Source: an uncultured Spirochaetota bacterium (GTDB taxonomy: Bacteria; Spirochaetota; UBA4802; UBA5550). From it: a stretch of 64,000 nucleotides of DNA. The DNA lies in contig CAWHAA010000005.1 of the NCBI GenBank assembly GCA_963827275.1, forward strand, positions 512,001 through 576,000. Reading direction: 5' to 3'. Shown one piece after another: positions 41,351 to 51,942 of the stretch; position 1 is the first letter of the stretch, and every line of letters starts with the position of its first letter. The notes under the pieces were generated by a model. It saw only the letters and a program-made list of their open reading frames with translations. It did no database searches and was not told where the DNA came from. The position numbers and the translations under genes are program-made.

Positions 41351-41685
41351 GGGGTCAGAGTAAACGGCCGACCGATAGTTATCGGTATTCCAAGGGGTCA
41401 GAGTAAACGGCCGACCGATAGTTATCGGTATTCCGGGGGTCAGAGTAAACGGCTGACCGATAGTTATCGGTATTCCGGGGGGTCAGAGTAAACGGCCGAC
41501 CGATAGTTATCGGTATTCCGGTGGGTCAGAGTAAACGGCCGACCGATAGTTATCGGTATTCCGGGGGTCAGAGTAAACGGCCGACCGATAGTTATCGGTA
41601 TTCCGGGGGTCAGAGTAAACGGCTGACCGATAGTTATCGGTATTCCGGGGGGTCAGGGTAAACGCCTGACCGATAGTTATCGGTA
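41351..41685 (+). repeat. Tandem array, 8 units of 42-43 bp (GGGGTCAGAGTAAACGGCYGACCGATAGTTATCGGTATTCCG)
   Basis: Unit starts 41351, 41394, 41436, 41479, 41522, 41564, 41606, 41649; lies between convergent genes. Confidence 0.97.
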
Positions 41686-41696
41686 TCTGGCTCTGT

Positions 41697-42581
41697 CTAC
41701 CGCTTCCTTAATAGAAAATGAGCATCGCCGATATCCAGGTCGCTCCTGCCGGCGAACTTCCTGTTCATCCTGACCCGCGGGTACTCGTACGAGAGGGTCT
41801 TCTCCCATACAAGTTCAAGGCCGCTCCGGGCGAATATCCCGATATAATCGCCGTACCGCGCCCGGTTGGTATAGGTCACCGCTTCATCGGTGCAAAACCT
41901 GTCCCAGGTGAAATCGGAATATTTGTAAAAAAGAAAGGGATTGCCGAAAAAATGGAACTTGTCCTTGAGATCAACGACATGATACATCATGCCGCCGGCA
42001 TTCAGGAGGGACGACATTTTCTGGATATACTGTTCGAGTTCCCGTATGTGGTGGAGCACCGCGATGGAATATATGAAGTCCACTTTACGGTTGAGAGATA
42101 TGGACCGCAGGTCGCCGGGAATGAAGGTCATGAAATCGCGGTTCAGGTCGCCCGTTGCCTCATCGACGTACGGAAACGCCGTTACGTTGTTCCTGGATTT
42201 AAAAAACTCTATTTCATTTTTTATGTAGGCCTGCTGACGGTCGGTGTCGGCATAGCGGGGAAATTTATCGACCAGAATGACTTCACGCGCACCCGCGTGA
42301 AGGAAATTATAGGCGTTGATATACGAATTCCCCGGTCCAATCTCGAGAACGGTCTTCTGCTTCATGGAAAAACCGTATTTTTCCAGCGCGCCGGAAATCA
42401 GGCGGAAATAGCTGTTGAGCGACGCGTAATTGCTGTGATAGAGCCCCGGAAAAAAATAATCATACAGCCGGTATAAGCGCATCTTGCAGTAGAAAAAACG
42501 AATAATGAAATCGAACCGGTTGACAAGAAATCGCACCAACCGGTTGCCTTTTTTCACCGCGGTCATTCGCAACCTGCCCAT
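41697..42581 (-). CDS. Class I SAM-dependent methyltransferase
   Basis: VLEIGPG, VDFIYSIAVLHHI, LNAGG. Confidence 0.85.
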   Translation of the reverse strand: MGRLRMTAVKKGNRLVRFLVNRFDFIIRFFYCKMRLYRLYDYFFPGLYHSNYASLNSYFRLISGALEKYGFSMKQKTVLEIGPGNSYINAYNFLHAGAREVILVDKFPRYADTDRQQAYIKNEIEFFKSRNNVTAFPYVDEATGDLNRDFMTFIPGDLRSISLNRKVDFIYSIAVLHHIRELEQYIQKMSSLLNAGGMMYHVVDLKDKFHFFGNPFLFYKYSDFTWDRFCTDEAVTYTNRARYGDYIGIFARSGLELVWEKTLSYEYPRVRMNRKFAGRSDLDIGDAHFLLRKR

Positions 42582-42670
42582 TCACATAAAAACAGAAACT
42601 CACAAACGCCATGGCGCATAATATGTCAACAACATTTACATCCAGGGCCGCGCGGTGTTTTCCCCACGTG

Positions 42671-43876
42671 TCACAGGACAACCTTTTCCCTGAAAAGATC
42701 ATCCACCTCGGCCGGCGTATACCCGAGGCGCTCCTGGAGGATAAAACGGCTGTGCTCACCCAGGCCGGGCGCCGGCATGGTGATCTCCTGTTCGTATTCG
42801 GAAAACCTGAAGGGAAACCCGGGGACGTCGATATCGCCATACTGGGCGTGGGCGACGGTGCGGAACATCCCCCGCTTTTTTAAATTTTCATCTCCGTTCA
42901 CCTGCGCCGTGGTATAGGCAATGCCGCAGGGGATCTTTTTGCTTTCCAGGACCGCGATGATCTCGCGCGAGGTACGCACAGAGGTCCACTCTTCTATAAG
43001 GGCCACTGCCTCGTCATGGTTCTGCACCTGCACTATGACATTGCTGAATTTCGGGTCAGTGGCCATTTCGGGACGGCCGATGATCCCCGTGAGGTCCTTC
43101 CACTGGCGGGGGGTCATGGCGACGACCGCCACCTTCCCGTCCTTCGATTTGAAAAAGCCGTAGAAGGGCATCCGGTCAGGCGAGTTCAGCACATCTTTCG
43201 GGTTGCGGCCCAGCTCTTTCTCCACGAACCCCATGATCGGCTCCAGCGCCTTGTCCATCATGGCACGGTAATTATTGTAGTACATCACGTCCTGCATGGA
43301 GATGTCTATAAACTGGCCCCTGCCGGTCCGCTCGCGCCCCAGCATGGCGATGAGCACCGCAATGGCCGCGTAGGCGCCGGTTACCAGGTCGCCCCAGTAG
43401 TTGTCGGGAAGAAGGAAGGTGTCCTGGTCGTTCCAGTACTGGCCGCCCACGGACTGCGCGACGATATCGAACGCGGACCGCTCCGGTTCCACCCCCGTCG
43501 TTCCAAAGCCGGATATCGCGGCGTAGATGATGTCTTTTTTTAAAGCGCGGATATCGTCATACCCCAGGCCGCCCCGCTCCATCGCGCCGGGGACGAGGTT
43601 GTGGACAAAAATGTCCGCTCCGGACGCGAGCTTTCGCACGATGTCGCGCCCCCGCGGGTCACGCCAGTCCACCGCGATGCCGTACTTGTTCCTGTTCAGT
43701 ACGGAGTAACAGCGCTCCGCGCCGGGCATAAGCTTGAAGATCAGGCGGAGCGTATCGCCCATGGGCGGTTCGATCTTGATCACCTCGGCGCCCAGGTCAG
43801 CGAGTATCTGCGTGCACCGCGAGCCTGATATGAACTGGGTGATATCGATCACCTTGATGCCCTTGAGAACCTGCAT
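42671..43876 (-). CDS. CaiB/BaiF family (class III) CoA transferase
   Basis: LADLGAEVIKIEPP.GD, NRNK, ISGFG, FD, APGLGEH. Confidence 0.93.
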   Translation of the reverse strand: MQVLKGIKVIDITQFISGSRCTQILADLGAEVIKIEPPMGDTLRLIFKLMPGAERCYSVLNRNKYGIAVDWRDPRGRDIVRKLASGADIFVHNLVPGAMERGGLGYDDIRALKKDIIYAAISGFGTTGVEPERSAFDIVAQSVGGQYWNDQDTFLLPDNYWGDLVTGAYAAIAVLIAMLGRERTGRGQFIDISMQDVMYYNNYRAMMDKALEPIMGFVEKELGRNPKDVLNSPDRMPFYGFFKSKDGKVAVVAMTPRQWKDLTGIIGRPEMATDPKFSNVIVQVQNHDEAVALIEEWTSVRTSREIIAVLESKKIPCGIAYTTAQVNGDENLKKRGMFRTVAHAQYGDIDVPGFPFRFSEYEQEITMPAPGLGEHSRFILQERLGYTPAEVDDLFREKVVL

Positions 43877-43994
43877 GGACGCACCCCTCCCCGTTGTAGA
43901 ATCGATATGGATTATTCTCTGAAAAACATCGGTCAGTCAACCGTAAAACTTCTATCGCCGGCGGGTGCGCCCCGTGAAGCAATAAAAAATCCGG

Positions 43995-44960
43995 TTACGC
44001 GGTAAAATGATCATACCCCCGCTTGAGCCCGGCCCTCACCCCGTTCGTCATGAGATAGATGCCCTCTTCTTTTTTCAGAACCTCGCCGACCACGGTGAAA
44101 TCCTTAAATTCATCGCGCAGGCCGGCGCACCGCTCAGGGGCGATGGTGAAGACCAGCTCGAAGTCCTCTCCGCCGTACAGGGCATAGTCGATGGGATCGC
44201 CGGAAACAGCGCGCGCCGCGTCCATGGTCTCCTGCGACAGGGGAATCTTCTCCCCGTCGATGCGCGCGCCGACCCCGCTCTCCCCGCAGAGGTGGGCCAC
44301 CTCGCTCGCGAGCCCGTCGCTCACGTCGATCATGGCGCCGGCGCGGCGCGCGATCGCCGTCCCCTCCCATTGCAGGCGGCAGCGCGGCTCGAGGTAGCCC
44401 CCGAGGTAGCCGTCCTTCTTCCCCGCCATGAGGAGCCGCAGGCCCGCCTCGCTCTTGCCGAGGGTGCCGGTGACGCAGATCAGCTCGCCGGGCCGCGCGC
44501 CGGAGCGGAACCGCACAAAGCGCTTCTCCGCGTCGCCGACCAGCGCAAGGTTCAGGGCGAGCTCGCGTCCCCGCGTGGTGTCGCCGCCGATCAGGGCGAC
44601 GCGGTGCCGCCGCGCCGAATCATACAGGCCGCGATAGAGCTCGTCCATGAATTCGACCTGCGTATCGGCCTTCAGCGCGAGCGAGATGAAAGCCCAGCGC
44701 GGCGTGCCGCCCATCGCGACGATGTCCGACACGTTTACCTCCATGAGCTTCCATCCCACCTGCCAGGGTGAGTGCCATTCGGGGGAAAAATGGGTGTTCT
44801 CCACCATCATGTCCACGGTGACGAGCAGGTACCGGTCCTCAGTGTATTCCAGCACCGCACAGTCATCGCCCACGCCCTTGACGATGGCGGGATCGGCATG
44901 GGCCACGCCGGTGACCCGCTTGATGAAGGCGAATTCCCCGCCGATATCGGACAGCTTCAC
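43995..44960 (-). CDS. thiL: Thiamine-monophosphate kinase
   Basis: GEF, GVGDDCA, NVSDIVAMGG, GGDTT, IDVSDGL, GGEDFEL. Confidence 0.95.
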   Translation of the reverse strand: MKLSDIGGEFAFIKRVTGVAHADPAIVKGVGDDCAVLEYTEDRYLLVTVDMMVENTHFSPEWHSPWQVGWKLMEVNVSDIVAMGGTPRWAFISLALKADTQVEFMDELYRGLYDSARRHRVALIGGDTTRGRELALNLALVGDAEKRFVRFRSGARPGELICVTGTLGKSEAGLRLLMAGKKDGYLGGYLEPRCRLQWEGTAIARRAGAMIDVSDGLASEVAHLCGESGVGARIDGEKIPLSQETMDAARAVSGDPIDYALYGGEDFELVFTIAPERCAGLRDEFKDFTVVGEVLKKEEGIYLMTNGVRAGLKRGYDHFTA

Positions 44961-46228
44961 TTATTGTACCGCGTCCTGCATTCCTTGTTTATTTTCGCCG
45001 AGCAGAAGTCCCCGCACATGGTGCACACCTCGGCCTCGTCACGGCCCGTCTCCTTGCGGATGGCGCGCGCCTTCTCCGGGTTCATCGCGTTGCGGTACAT
45101 TCCCTCCCAGTCGAGGTTGCTCCGTGCCCGTGACATTTCGTCGTCGCGGTCGCGCGAGCCGGGGATGCCCCGGGCAATGTCCGCCGCGTGCGCCGCGATC
45201 TTCGAGGCGACCACGCCGTCGATGACGTCCTGAATGTCCGGCAGGCCCAGGTGCTCCTTGGGCGTGAGGTAGCAGAGAAAGTCCGCGCCGTAGAAGGCGG
45301 CGAGCGCGCCGCCGATCGCGCCGGTCAGGTGGTCATAGCCGGGCGAGCAGTCGGTCACGAGCGGCCCCAGCACGTAAAAGGGCGCACCGTCGCAGTATTT
45401 TTTCTGGAGCTCGATATTTTCGCGTATCAGGTGGAGCGGCACGTGGCCGGGCCCCTCGATCATGACCTGCACGTCCTTCGCGCGGGCCCGCGCCGCCAGC
45501 TCGCCCAGGGTCTTCAGCTCTTCGTACTGGGCCGGGTCGCTGGCGTCGGCAAGGCAGCCCGGACGCAGGCCGTCGCCGAGGCTCAGGACCACGTCATGCC
45601 TGCGCGCCATCTCCAGGATCTCGTCGTAGCGGGTGTAGAGCGGGTTCTCTCGGTCATGGTGGAGCATCCACTTGATGAGGAAGCTCCCGCCGCGCGAGAC
45701 CACGCCCATGATGCGCGACCCGAGCAGGGGCACGCACTTCCGGGTAACACCGCAGTGCACGGTGATGAAGTCCACGCCGTCCTCGATGTGCGTCCGGATC
45801 GATTCGAGAAAATCGTCCTCGGAGAGGCCGGCCACGTCCGGGCACCGCACGATCGCCTCGTATACCGGCACCGTGCCCACCGGTATTGTTGACCCGCCGA
45901 TGATCATCCGGCGCATCGCGTGGATGTCCCCGCCGGTGGAAAGGTCCATCACCGTGTCGGCCCCGTACCTGACCGAGGCCGCGAGCTTTTCCATCTCCAT
46001 GTCCGGGTCGTTGTTATAGCCCGAGGTGCCGATGTTGGCATTGATCTTGATCTTCAGGCCCCTGCCGATCCCCACGGGCGCGCAGTCATGGAGCGCGCTC
46101 TTGCAGATGACCGTCCTGCCCGCCGCGATATCGCCGCGTATCGTTTCCGCGTCAAGCGGCTCGCGCCCGGCCACCGCCGCCATCTCGGGGGTGATGGCGC
46201 CCTTCTTCGCCTGTTCCAGTTGCGTCAT
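44957..46228 (-). CDS. thiC: Phosphomethylpyrimidine synthase
   Basis: KINANIGTS, MDLSTG, VSRGG, LGDGLRPG, EGPGH, CTMCG.FC. Confidence 0.96.
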   Translation of the reverse strand: MTQLEQAKKGAITPEMAAVAGREPLDAETIRGDIAAGRTVICKSALHDCAPVGIGRGLKIKINANIGTSGYNNDPDMEMEKLAASVRYGADTVMDLSTGGDIHAMRRMIIGGSTIPVGTVPVYEAIVRCPDVAGLSEDDFLESIRTHIEDGVDFITVHCGVTRKCVPLLGSRIMGVVSRGGSFLIKWMLHHDRENPLYTRYDEILEMARRHDVVLSLGDGLRPGCLADASDPAQYEELKTLGELAARARAKDVQVMIEGPGHVPLHLIRENIELQKKYCDGAPFYVLGPLVTDCSPGYDHLTGAIGGALAAFYGADFLCYLTPKEHLGLPDIQDVIDGVVASKIAAHAADIARGIPGSRDRDDEMSRARSNLDWEGMYRNAMNPEKARAIRKETGRDEAEVCTMCGDFCSAKINKECRTRYNK

Positions 46229-46836
46229 AAGCCGAACTTCCTTTGAAACATTATTATTTCCTCTTTTACCTGTGGCTTCGTCACAACCGCTGATATGGCG
46301 CATACCATGTCGGCGCCCGCGCGTATCACCTCGTCCGTGTTCGACAGGCCGATGCCGCCGATCGCGACAAGCGGTACCCGGCACGCCTTCCGTATCGCGG
46401 CGAGGACCGCGGTGCCGCAGGGAGCGCCCGCGTCCGCCTTGGTGCCGGTCGCGTATATGGGGCTCACCCCCAGGTAATCGGCGCCCATCGCTTCCGCTTC
46501 GCGCGCCTCGTTTACATCATGCACGGTCACGCCGATGACCCGCTCCCTCCCCAGGAGCCGTCGCGCTTCCCGGTAGGGCATGTCGTCGTTCCCTATATGG
46601 ACCCCCCCGGCGCCGACCGCCAGGGCGATGTCGATCCGGTCGTTCACGATGAAGAGCGTGCGGGTACCGGCGCAGATTTCGCCGATGAGCCGCGCCTCGT
46701 CATGGAGCGCCCGCGTTGATGCGGACTTGTTGCGGTACTGGACCGCTGCGACGCCGGCGGCGACGGCGTTCCTTACGTCGCTGATCACGCCCGCGGCGCT
46801 GAGCGTCTCATCCGTGATGAAATAATACCCCTTCAC
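46225..46836 (-). CDS. thiE: Thiamine-phosphate synthase
   Basis: QYRNK, VNDRIDIA, GVHIG.DD, AIGGI. Confidence 0.95.
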   Translation of the reverse strand: MKGYYFITDETLSAAGVISDVRNAVAAGVAAVQYRNKSASTRALHDEARLIGEICAGTRTLFIVNDRIDIALAVGAGGVHIGNDDMPYREARRLLGRERVIGVTVHDVNEAREAEAMGADYLGVSPIYATGTKADAGAPCGTAVLAAIRKACRVPLVAIGGIGLSNTDEVIRAGADMVCAISAVVTKPQVKEEIIMFQRKFGL

Positions 46837-46837
46837 G

Positions 46838-47629
46838 TCAGGCCGTCACCTTCTGCATGGCATCCACGTCCTCTTTTGTCAGGCGGAATACGCTGTCGAG
46901 CAGGCGCTCCTTGAACGACGCCGGCCCGGCGCACCCCTTCACCGCCAGCTCCGCCGCTATCTCGTAGCACGAGAGGCCGGCCGCCGCCGCCGCGGTCACG
47001 TCATGGGGCGACGCGCCGGCGAAGGTCCCGATGACCGACGCGGCCATGCAGCCGGTACCGACCACGTGCGCCATCATTTCGTCCCCGTTCCTGACAATGA
47101 ACATAGACCGGGGGTCGGCGACGATGTCTTCCCTGCCGGTAATGACCACGGTACATTCCCTCTCCATGGCAAGGAACCGGGCAATGTCCTGGAGGTCTTC
47201 CCGCACCACGGCAGAGTCAACGCCCCTCGTGCGCACGTCCCTGCCCGCGATCCGCGCCATTTCGGACGCGTTGCCCTTTATGATGTCGATGCGCGCCTCT
47301 TTCAGCAGCTCGAAGCTCTTGTGGTCGCGGAAGGAAGTGGCGCCGGCGCCGCACACGTCAAGCACCACCGGGATGCCCCGGCCGTTCGCGGCGCGCGCGG
47401 CACTCTTCATGCTCTCGATGAATTCAGTCGTAAGGGTGCCGATGTTCAATACGAGCGCGGAAGCCAGGCCCGCCATGGCGGCGGCCTCCTCGGGGGCGTG
47501 CGCCATCACCGGCGACGCGCCGAAGCTCTTCACCACCTGTGCGCAATCGTAGATCGTGACCCAGTTGGTGAGGTGATGCACCAGCGGCTTTTTGTCACGA
47601 ACGGCCTGGAGAAACGAATAGACGTCCAT
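46838..47629 (-). CDS. thiM: Hydroxyethylthiazole kinase
   Basis: PLVHHLTN.V, GASPVMA, LNIGTL, KGNASE, GTGC. Confidence 0.95.
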   Translation of the reverse strand: MDVYSFLQAVRDKKPLVHHLTNWVTIYDCAQVVKSFGASPVMAHAPEEAAAMAGLASALVLNIGTLTTEFIESMKSAARAANGRGIPVVLDVCGAGATSFRDHKSFELLKEARIDIIKGNASEMARIAGRDVRTRGVDSAVVREDLQDIARFLAMERECTVVITGREDIVADPRSMFIVRNGDEMMAHVVGTGCMAASVIGTFAGASPHDVTAAAAAGLSCYEIAAELAVKGCAGPASFKERLLDSVFRLTKEDVDAMQKVTA

Positions 47630-47697
47630 AGTGAATGGTCCTGAAATGCTGTAATAGTACTACGGAATGGTCTTCTTGAGGATTTGTGATTATTCGC

Positions 47698-47780
47698 CTC
47701 GGCTCCCTTCGCTGGCATTATCCAGATCAGGTTCATCGGGTATAATCTCAGGCCCCTTTCGGAACCACCCCATGGCATTA
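47698..47780 (-). ncRNA. TPP riboswitch
   Basis: Minus strand GGGGTG...CTGAGA..ATACCC..GAACCTGATCTGGATAATGCCAGCGAAGGGA directly upstream of thiM. Confidence 0.95.
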
Positions 47781-47943
47781 CTACAATACTAAAAGCGATA
47801 AATATAGTCAAGCTAAAGTGGGCGGATTTTCCCGGCACCATGAAGGAAGGGCCTGGTGGCCCCGCCTTCATATTAACGCTTGACGAACGCCCCGGCACCG
47901 TACGATACTCGGAGAGCATTTTCCAGGCAGGAGGCTTCACGTA

Positions 47944-49692
47944 ATGACCGGAACAACATCACGCATTGCCATTCTCTCCGCAACGCTCGTCCTTGCGGCC
48001 TGCAGCTGCGCCAGGGACGAAGCCGGTCCCTCTATCGTCCCGGCGGACAGCAAGCTTGCCGCGCACTCGAAAGAATTCGAGAAAAAAATCTACCGGGTCG
48101 CCGACGGCGTCTACTCCGCGGTCGGCTACGGGCTCGCGAATTCCATCATGCTGGTCGGGAAGAACGGGATCGTCGTGGTCGACACCATGGAAAACCGCGC
48201 CCAGGCGCGCGCCGTGCTGAAGGAATTCAGGACAATCACCCGCCTGCCGGTCAGGGCCATCATCTACACCCATTTTCACGCGGACCACATCTTCGGCGCT
48301 GCCGAGTTCGCCGCGCAGCCCTCGCCCGATGTTTACGCGCACGAAACGACCGACGGCCTGGCCGAGCGGTTCGTGAGCGAAACCGCGCCGATCATCGGCG
48401 TACGGAGCATGCGCATGTTCGGGACGTATTTAAGCAGGGAATCACTCGTCAACGCGGGCATCGGGCCGTTCCTCTCCTTCGCCGGCAGCGCGGAGCTGGG
48501 CTACCTCAGGCCGACGAAGACCTACCGGGACCGGCTCGCGGTGACGATTGCCGGCATGGCAATCGAGCTCATACACGCACCCGGCGAGACCGACGACCAG
48601 ACCTACGTGTGGCTCCCGGAAAAAAAGCTCCTCATATCAGCGGACAACCTCTACAAGGCGTTCCCGAACCTCTACACCATCAGGGGGACATGGTTCCGCA
48701 GCCTGAAGAGCTGGTACCGGTCGATCGATATCATCCGCGACCTGCGCCCGCGCCACCTGGTCCCCTGCCACGGGAGGCCGGAATCGGGGGCGGAAAATAT
48801 CTCCCGCATCGCGACCGATTACCGGGACGCGATCCAGTACGTGCACGACCAGTCCCTGCGCGGCATCAACCGGGGGATGACTCCGGACGACCTGGCGGGA
48901 TTTGTCACGCTGCCGCCGCACCTTGCGGCGTCGCCCTATCTCCAGGAGTTCTACGGCAAGGTGTCATGGTCGGCGCGCGCCATGTTCGCGGGGAACATCG
49001 GCTGGTTCAGCGGCGATTCCGCCGACCTCCACCCCCTCATGCCACGGGAGGAGGCGCGGATGATGGCCGCCATCGCGGGCGGCGAAGGGAAGCTCCTCGA
49101 CCACGCGAAGCAATACGCCGAAAAGGGGGAGCACCAGGCGGCGCTCCAGCTCACCGGCCACCTGCTGCGGCTCGATCCGAAGAACGGGGAAGCGCGCGCG
49201 CTCAGGATACGGGCGCTCACCGCGCTGGGCGAGCGCGAAAGCAACCCGAACGCGCGCCACTACTACCTGACCGAGGCGCAGGAGATGCGGGACAGCTTCG
49301 TGGCCGCGCCGAAGGTGAGGCCGGACCGCGCCATGGTGCTCCGCTTCCCCCTGTCGTTTTTCTTCGATTCAATGGCGGTCAACCTTGACGCAGGGGCATG
49401 CCGGGACGTCGACAGGCGGGCGGGATTCAGGTTTACCGACACGGGCGAGTCCTGGACCATCCACCTCCGACGGGGCGTGGCGGAGACCAGGCCGAAGCTG
49501 CTCGATAATCTTGACATTCTCGTGTACGCGGATTCGAAAAAATGGAAGGAGATGCTGGCGAAGCTCAGGAACCCGGCCCTCACCCTTGCCGGCTTCGAGT
49601 ACCGGAAGGGAAACGCGGTCCAGCTTGCGCGGTTCCTGGGCTATTTCGAGCAGCCGAAGATCGGCCTGTCATTCGAGGGAGGGGGAGAATAG
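47944..49692 (+). CDS. Alkyl/aryl sulfatase (SdsA1/BDS1-like MBL fold with dimerisation and SCP2-like domains)
   Basis: THFHADH, APGET.D, FPNLYTIRG, PCHG, YRDAIQYVHDQ; lipobox LAAC. Confidence 0.92.
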   Translation: MTGTTSRIAILSATLVLAACSCARDEAGPSIVPADSKLAAHSKEFEKKIYRVADGVYSAVGYGLANSIMLVGKNGIVVVDTMENRAQARAVLKEFRTITRLPVRAIIYTHFHADHIFGAAEFAAQPSPDVYAHETTDGLAERFVSETAPIIGVRSMRMFGTYLSRESLVNAGIGPFLSFAGSAELGYLRPTKTYRDRLAVTIAGMAIELIHAPGETDDQTYVWLPEKKLLISADNLYKAFPNLYTIRGTWFRSLKSWYRSIDIIRDLRPRHLVPCHGRPESGAENISRIATDYRDAIQYVHDQSLRGINRGMTPDDLAGFVTLPPHLAASPYLQEFYGKVSWSARAMFAGNIGWFSGDSADLHPLMPREEARMMAAIAGGEGKLLDHAKQYAEKGEHQAALQLTGHLLRLDPKNGEARALRIRALTALGERESNPNARHYYLTEAQEMRDSFVAAPKVRPDRAMVLRFPLSFFFDSMAVNLDAGACRDVDRRAGFRFTDTGESWTIHLRRGVAETRPKLLDNLDILVYADSKKWKEMLAKLRNPALTLAGFEYRKGNAVQLARFLGYFEQPKIGLSFEGGGE

Positions 49693-49731
49693 AGGCGGTG
49701 CGCCCCGGCCCGGCCCGCGGAGCCCCGATAA

Positions 49732-50619
49732 CTACCTGGCGCGGTTTTTCAGCGTGTCGAGAATACCCTGCTTCCGCTCCTGCAGCTTGTCCTGGATCGC
49801 CTTTTTGTCCGGGAGCCTGTCCTGGATTTCCTTTTTGTTCAGCAGCTTGTCCTTCAGGTCCCTGGTGCTCTCAAACCCCTTGTCCTTGAGCTCCTGGCGC
49901 AGCTTCAGGATGCGATTGTCGAGCTCTTTTCTCGTATCGAGGTTGAGGTTTTTGAAGTCGGGCAGCTCCTTCAAGGTTGCCGCCTGTTTGACAAAGGAGT
50001 CCTTGACTTCCGCCCGTATGGCGGAAAGGGATATCTTTCTCTTCTTCGTGAGAATGTCGAGCACCGTCGCCTTATCGAGGCTCAGGGACTGGCCTTCCGT
50101 CACCATCTGGGCTATCTGGGTCTGTATCGCGCCGTCGGTCACGGGGTTCACCAGCACACTGCCGGTGAACACGTTGAGCTCCGACCGGGACTCGTCTCCC
50201 GAGACCTGGAAAATCGTCCCCCGCACCGAGGCGATCTGTGTCCGGGTCTTCACCTGGTAGCTGTCCCCCTTGCCGAGCTTTGACATGATGACCAGGACGC
50301 CGCCCTTCTCCATGTCAAGGTCAGGTGCGCCTTTCTTTTCAAGCGACGCGACCGCGACCTTCGTTTGCTCCTGTATCCGCATCATTCCCCTGCCGCCGAG
50401 CGACACATCCGCCATCGAGCTTTTCCCCGTGACGACGGTCTGGGCCCCGGTGAGATACTGCCCCCGCACGGCCGTTTTCGACGTCTTGCCGGTGATGATC
50501 TTTACGTTTCCCAGGACAGTGACGAGGCGGTAGGTGCCCGCCGCATGGACGGGCACATGAGCGGCAGAAAGCATTGTCACGGCGATGAAGGCGATAACCG
50601 CGGTATGGGAAAATTTCAT
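49732..50619 (-). CDS. Secreted FecR-domain protein with charged C-terminal coiled region
   Basis: Signal peptide, VVTGKSS, IASVRGT.F.V, V..GSV FecR pattern. Confidence 0.8.
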   Translation of the reverse strand: MKFSHTAVIAFIAVTMLSAAHVPVHAAGTYRLVTVLGNVKIITGKTSKTAVRGQYLTGAQTVVTGKSSMADVSLGGRGMMRIQEQTKVAVASLEKKGAPDLDMEKGGVLVIMSKLGKGDSYQVKTRTQIASVRGTIFQVSGDESRSELNVFTGSVLVNPVTDGAIQTQIAQMVTEGQSLSLDKATVLDILTKKRKISLSAIRAEVKDSFVKQAATLKELPDFKNLNLDTRKELDNRILKLRQELKDKGFESTRDLKDKLLNKKEIQDRLPDKKAIQDKLQERKQGILDTLKNRAR

Positions 50620-50771
50620 AAAAGACCTCCTCCGGAAACAATATACGCCGCCAGCAGGGCGCGGGAAATTCGCACAGGAGTCACTGCTATATCACGATCG
50701 TTGAATTTTCAATAATTTTTTTATTATAATTTTCGGATACCGGCTCCGCGATTGCCGCGGTATAAAAAATA

Positions 50772-50812
50772 AAAGCGCAGATACAGGTACCGGGGTATAA
50801 CATCTGCGCTTT
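50772..50812. terminator. Inverted repeat downstream of the Lys/Ala-rich gene, possible terminator
   Basis: AAAGCGCAGAT ... ATCTGCGCTTT with a 19-nt loop, flanked by A/T runs. Confidence 0.5.
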
Positions 50813-50860
50813 ATTTTGTTATGCGATCGAAACGATCAGCGATAACTGTTGGGCTAAAAA

Positions 50861-51199
50861 CTACTTCTTCTCAGCTTTATTTTCTGCCTTCTTTTCGACT
50901 GCAGCAGCTTTCTTCTCAGCTTTCTTTTCGACTACAGCAGCTTTCTTCTCGGCTTTCTTTTCGGCTACGGCAGCTTTCTTCTCGGCTTTCTTTTCGGCTA
51001 TTTCAGCTTTCTTCTCGGCTTTCTTTTCGGCTACGGCAGCTTTCTTCCCAGCCTTCTTTTCGGCTACAGCAGCTTTCTTCTCGGCTTTTTGCTCGACTTT
51101 CTTGTCAGCTTTGGGATCGGCTTTCTTCGCTTCTTCGGTATAACCGATAACAGCCAGACCGAAAACCATCGCCAGAGCTATAGTAAGAACCTTTTTCAT
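50861..51199 (-). CDS. Small secreted Lys/Ala/Glu-rich repeat protein
   Basis: MKK signal peptide then about five 11-aa AEKKAEKKAAV units (33-bp DNA tandem repeat); AGGAGG RBS. Confidence 0.85.
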   Translation of the reverse strand: MKKVLTIALAMVFGLAVIGYTEEAKKADPKADKKVEQKAEKKAAVAEKKAGKKAAVAEKKAEKKAEIAEKKAEKKAAVAEKKAEKKAAVVEKKAEKKAAAVEKKAENKAEKK

Positions 51200-51315
51200 T
51201 TAAGAAGCCTCCTAAAATTTTGTATTATCCCGGAACCAAATTTTATTGCAGTTTTAAATGCAACTGTAATATATGACAGAACCCGGGGCATAACCGGCCA
51301 CTTTTTTTAAAAAAA

Positions 51316-51828
51316 ATGATCCCGAAAGAAAAAATATCGCTCCTGTATAAAGAGCACTCGCCAGAATTATTCCGATACCTGTATAAGCTTACCGGCGATT
51401 CGGACGCATCCGAAGACCTTTTACAGGAGACATTCGAGAAATTCATCGCTTACAGCGCTGAAAAAGAGGTCCAGGAGGGCAAATACCGCGCTTTCCTCTA
51501 TAAAACGGCCCACAACCTGTGTATCAACCACCTCATGAGGCAAAACCGCACCCATCCCGGGGCTATGGACGACATGGAAGAGAGCCTCAAAACAGAGGAC
51601 GGACACCATGACCGCCTTGTCCTGGATGATTTAAATAAAAAGATATACCAGGTCCTTGAATCGATCTCACCCGAATCACGCTCAATTTTCATACTTCACA
51701 AGGAAAACGGCATGGGGTATGACGAGATAGCGGAAAACCTCTCCCTGTCATCGCGCACGGTGCGGCGGAGGGTCAGGGAGGTGATAGACGTTCTCTACGT
51801 GGAATTAAAAAAAGAAGGATTCATCTGA
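51316..51828 (+). CDS. ECF RNA polymerase sigma factor
   Basis: SEDLLQETF, FLYKTAHNLCIN (region 2); YDEIAENL..S.RTV (region 4). Confidence 0.92.
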   Translation: MIPKEKISLLYKEHSPELFRYLYKLTGDSDASEDLLQETFEKFIAYSAEKEVQEGKYRAFLYKTAHNLCINHLMRQNRTHPGAMDDMEESLKTEDGHHDRLVLDDLNKKIYQVLESISPESRSIFILHKENGMGYDEIAENLSLSSRTVRRRVREVIDVLYVELKKEGFI

Positions 51829-51942
51829 TGATCTGATCCCGAAGCCCGGATGCCATGAGAAAAGCGCAAATAATATTGTCATTTTAAAATAAGTTTGTCA
51901 AAATTTCTGCCGCCGATTGTTATACTATATGAGAGACTGCTT

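Noticed and set aside
41351..41685. Arrays at 7648 and 41351 as CRISPR
   Set aside because: No unique spacers (only 6-7 nt near-identical linkers) and no cas genes in the window
50861..51199. Lys/Ala repeat protein as a histone H1-like nucleoid protein
   Set aside because: It has an N-terminal signal peptide and many Glu residues, which suggests export
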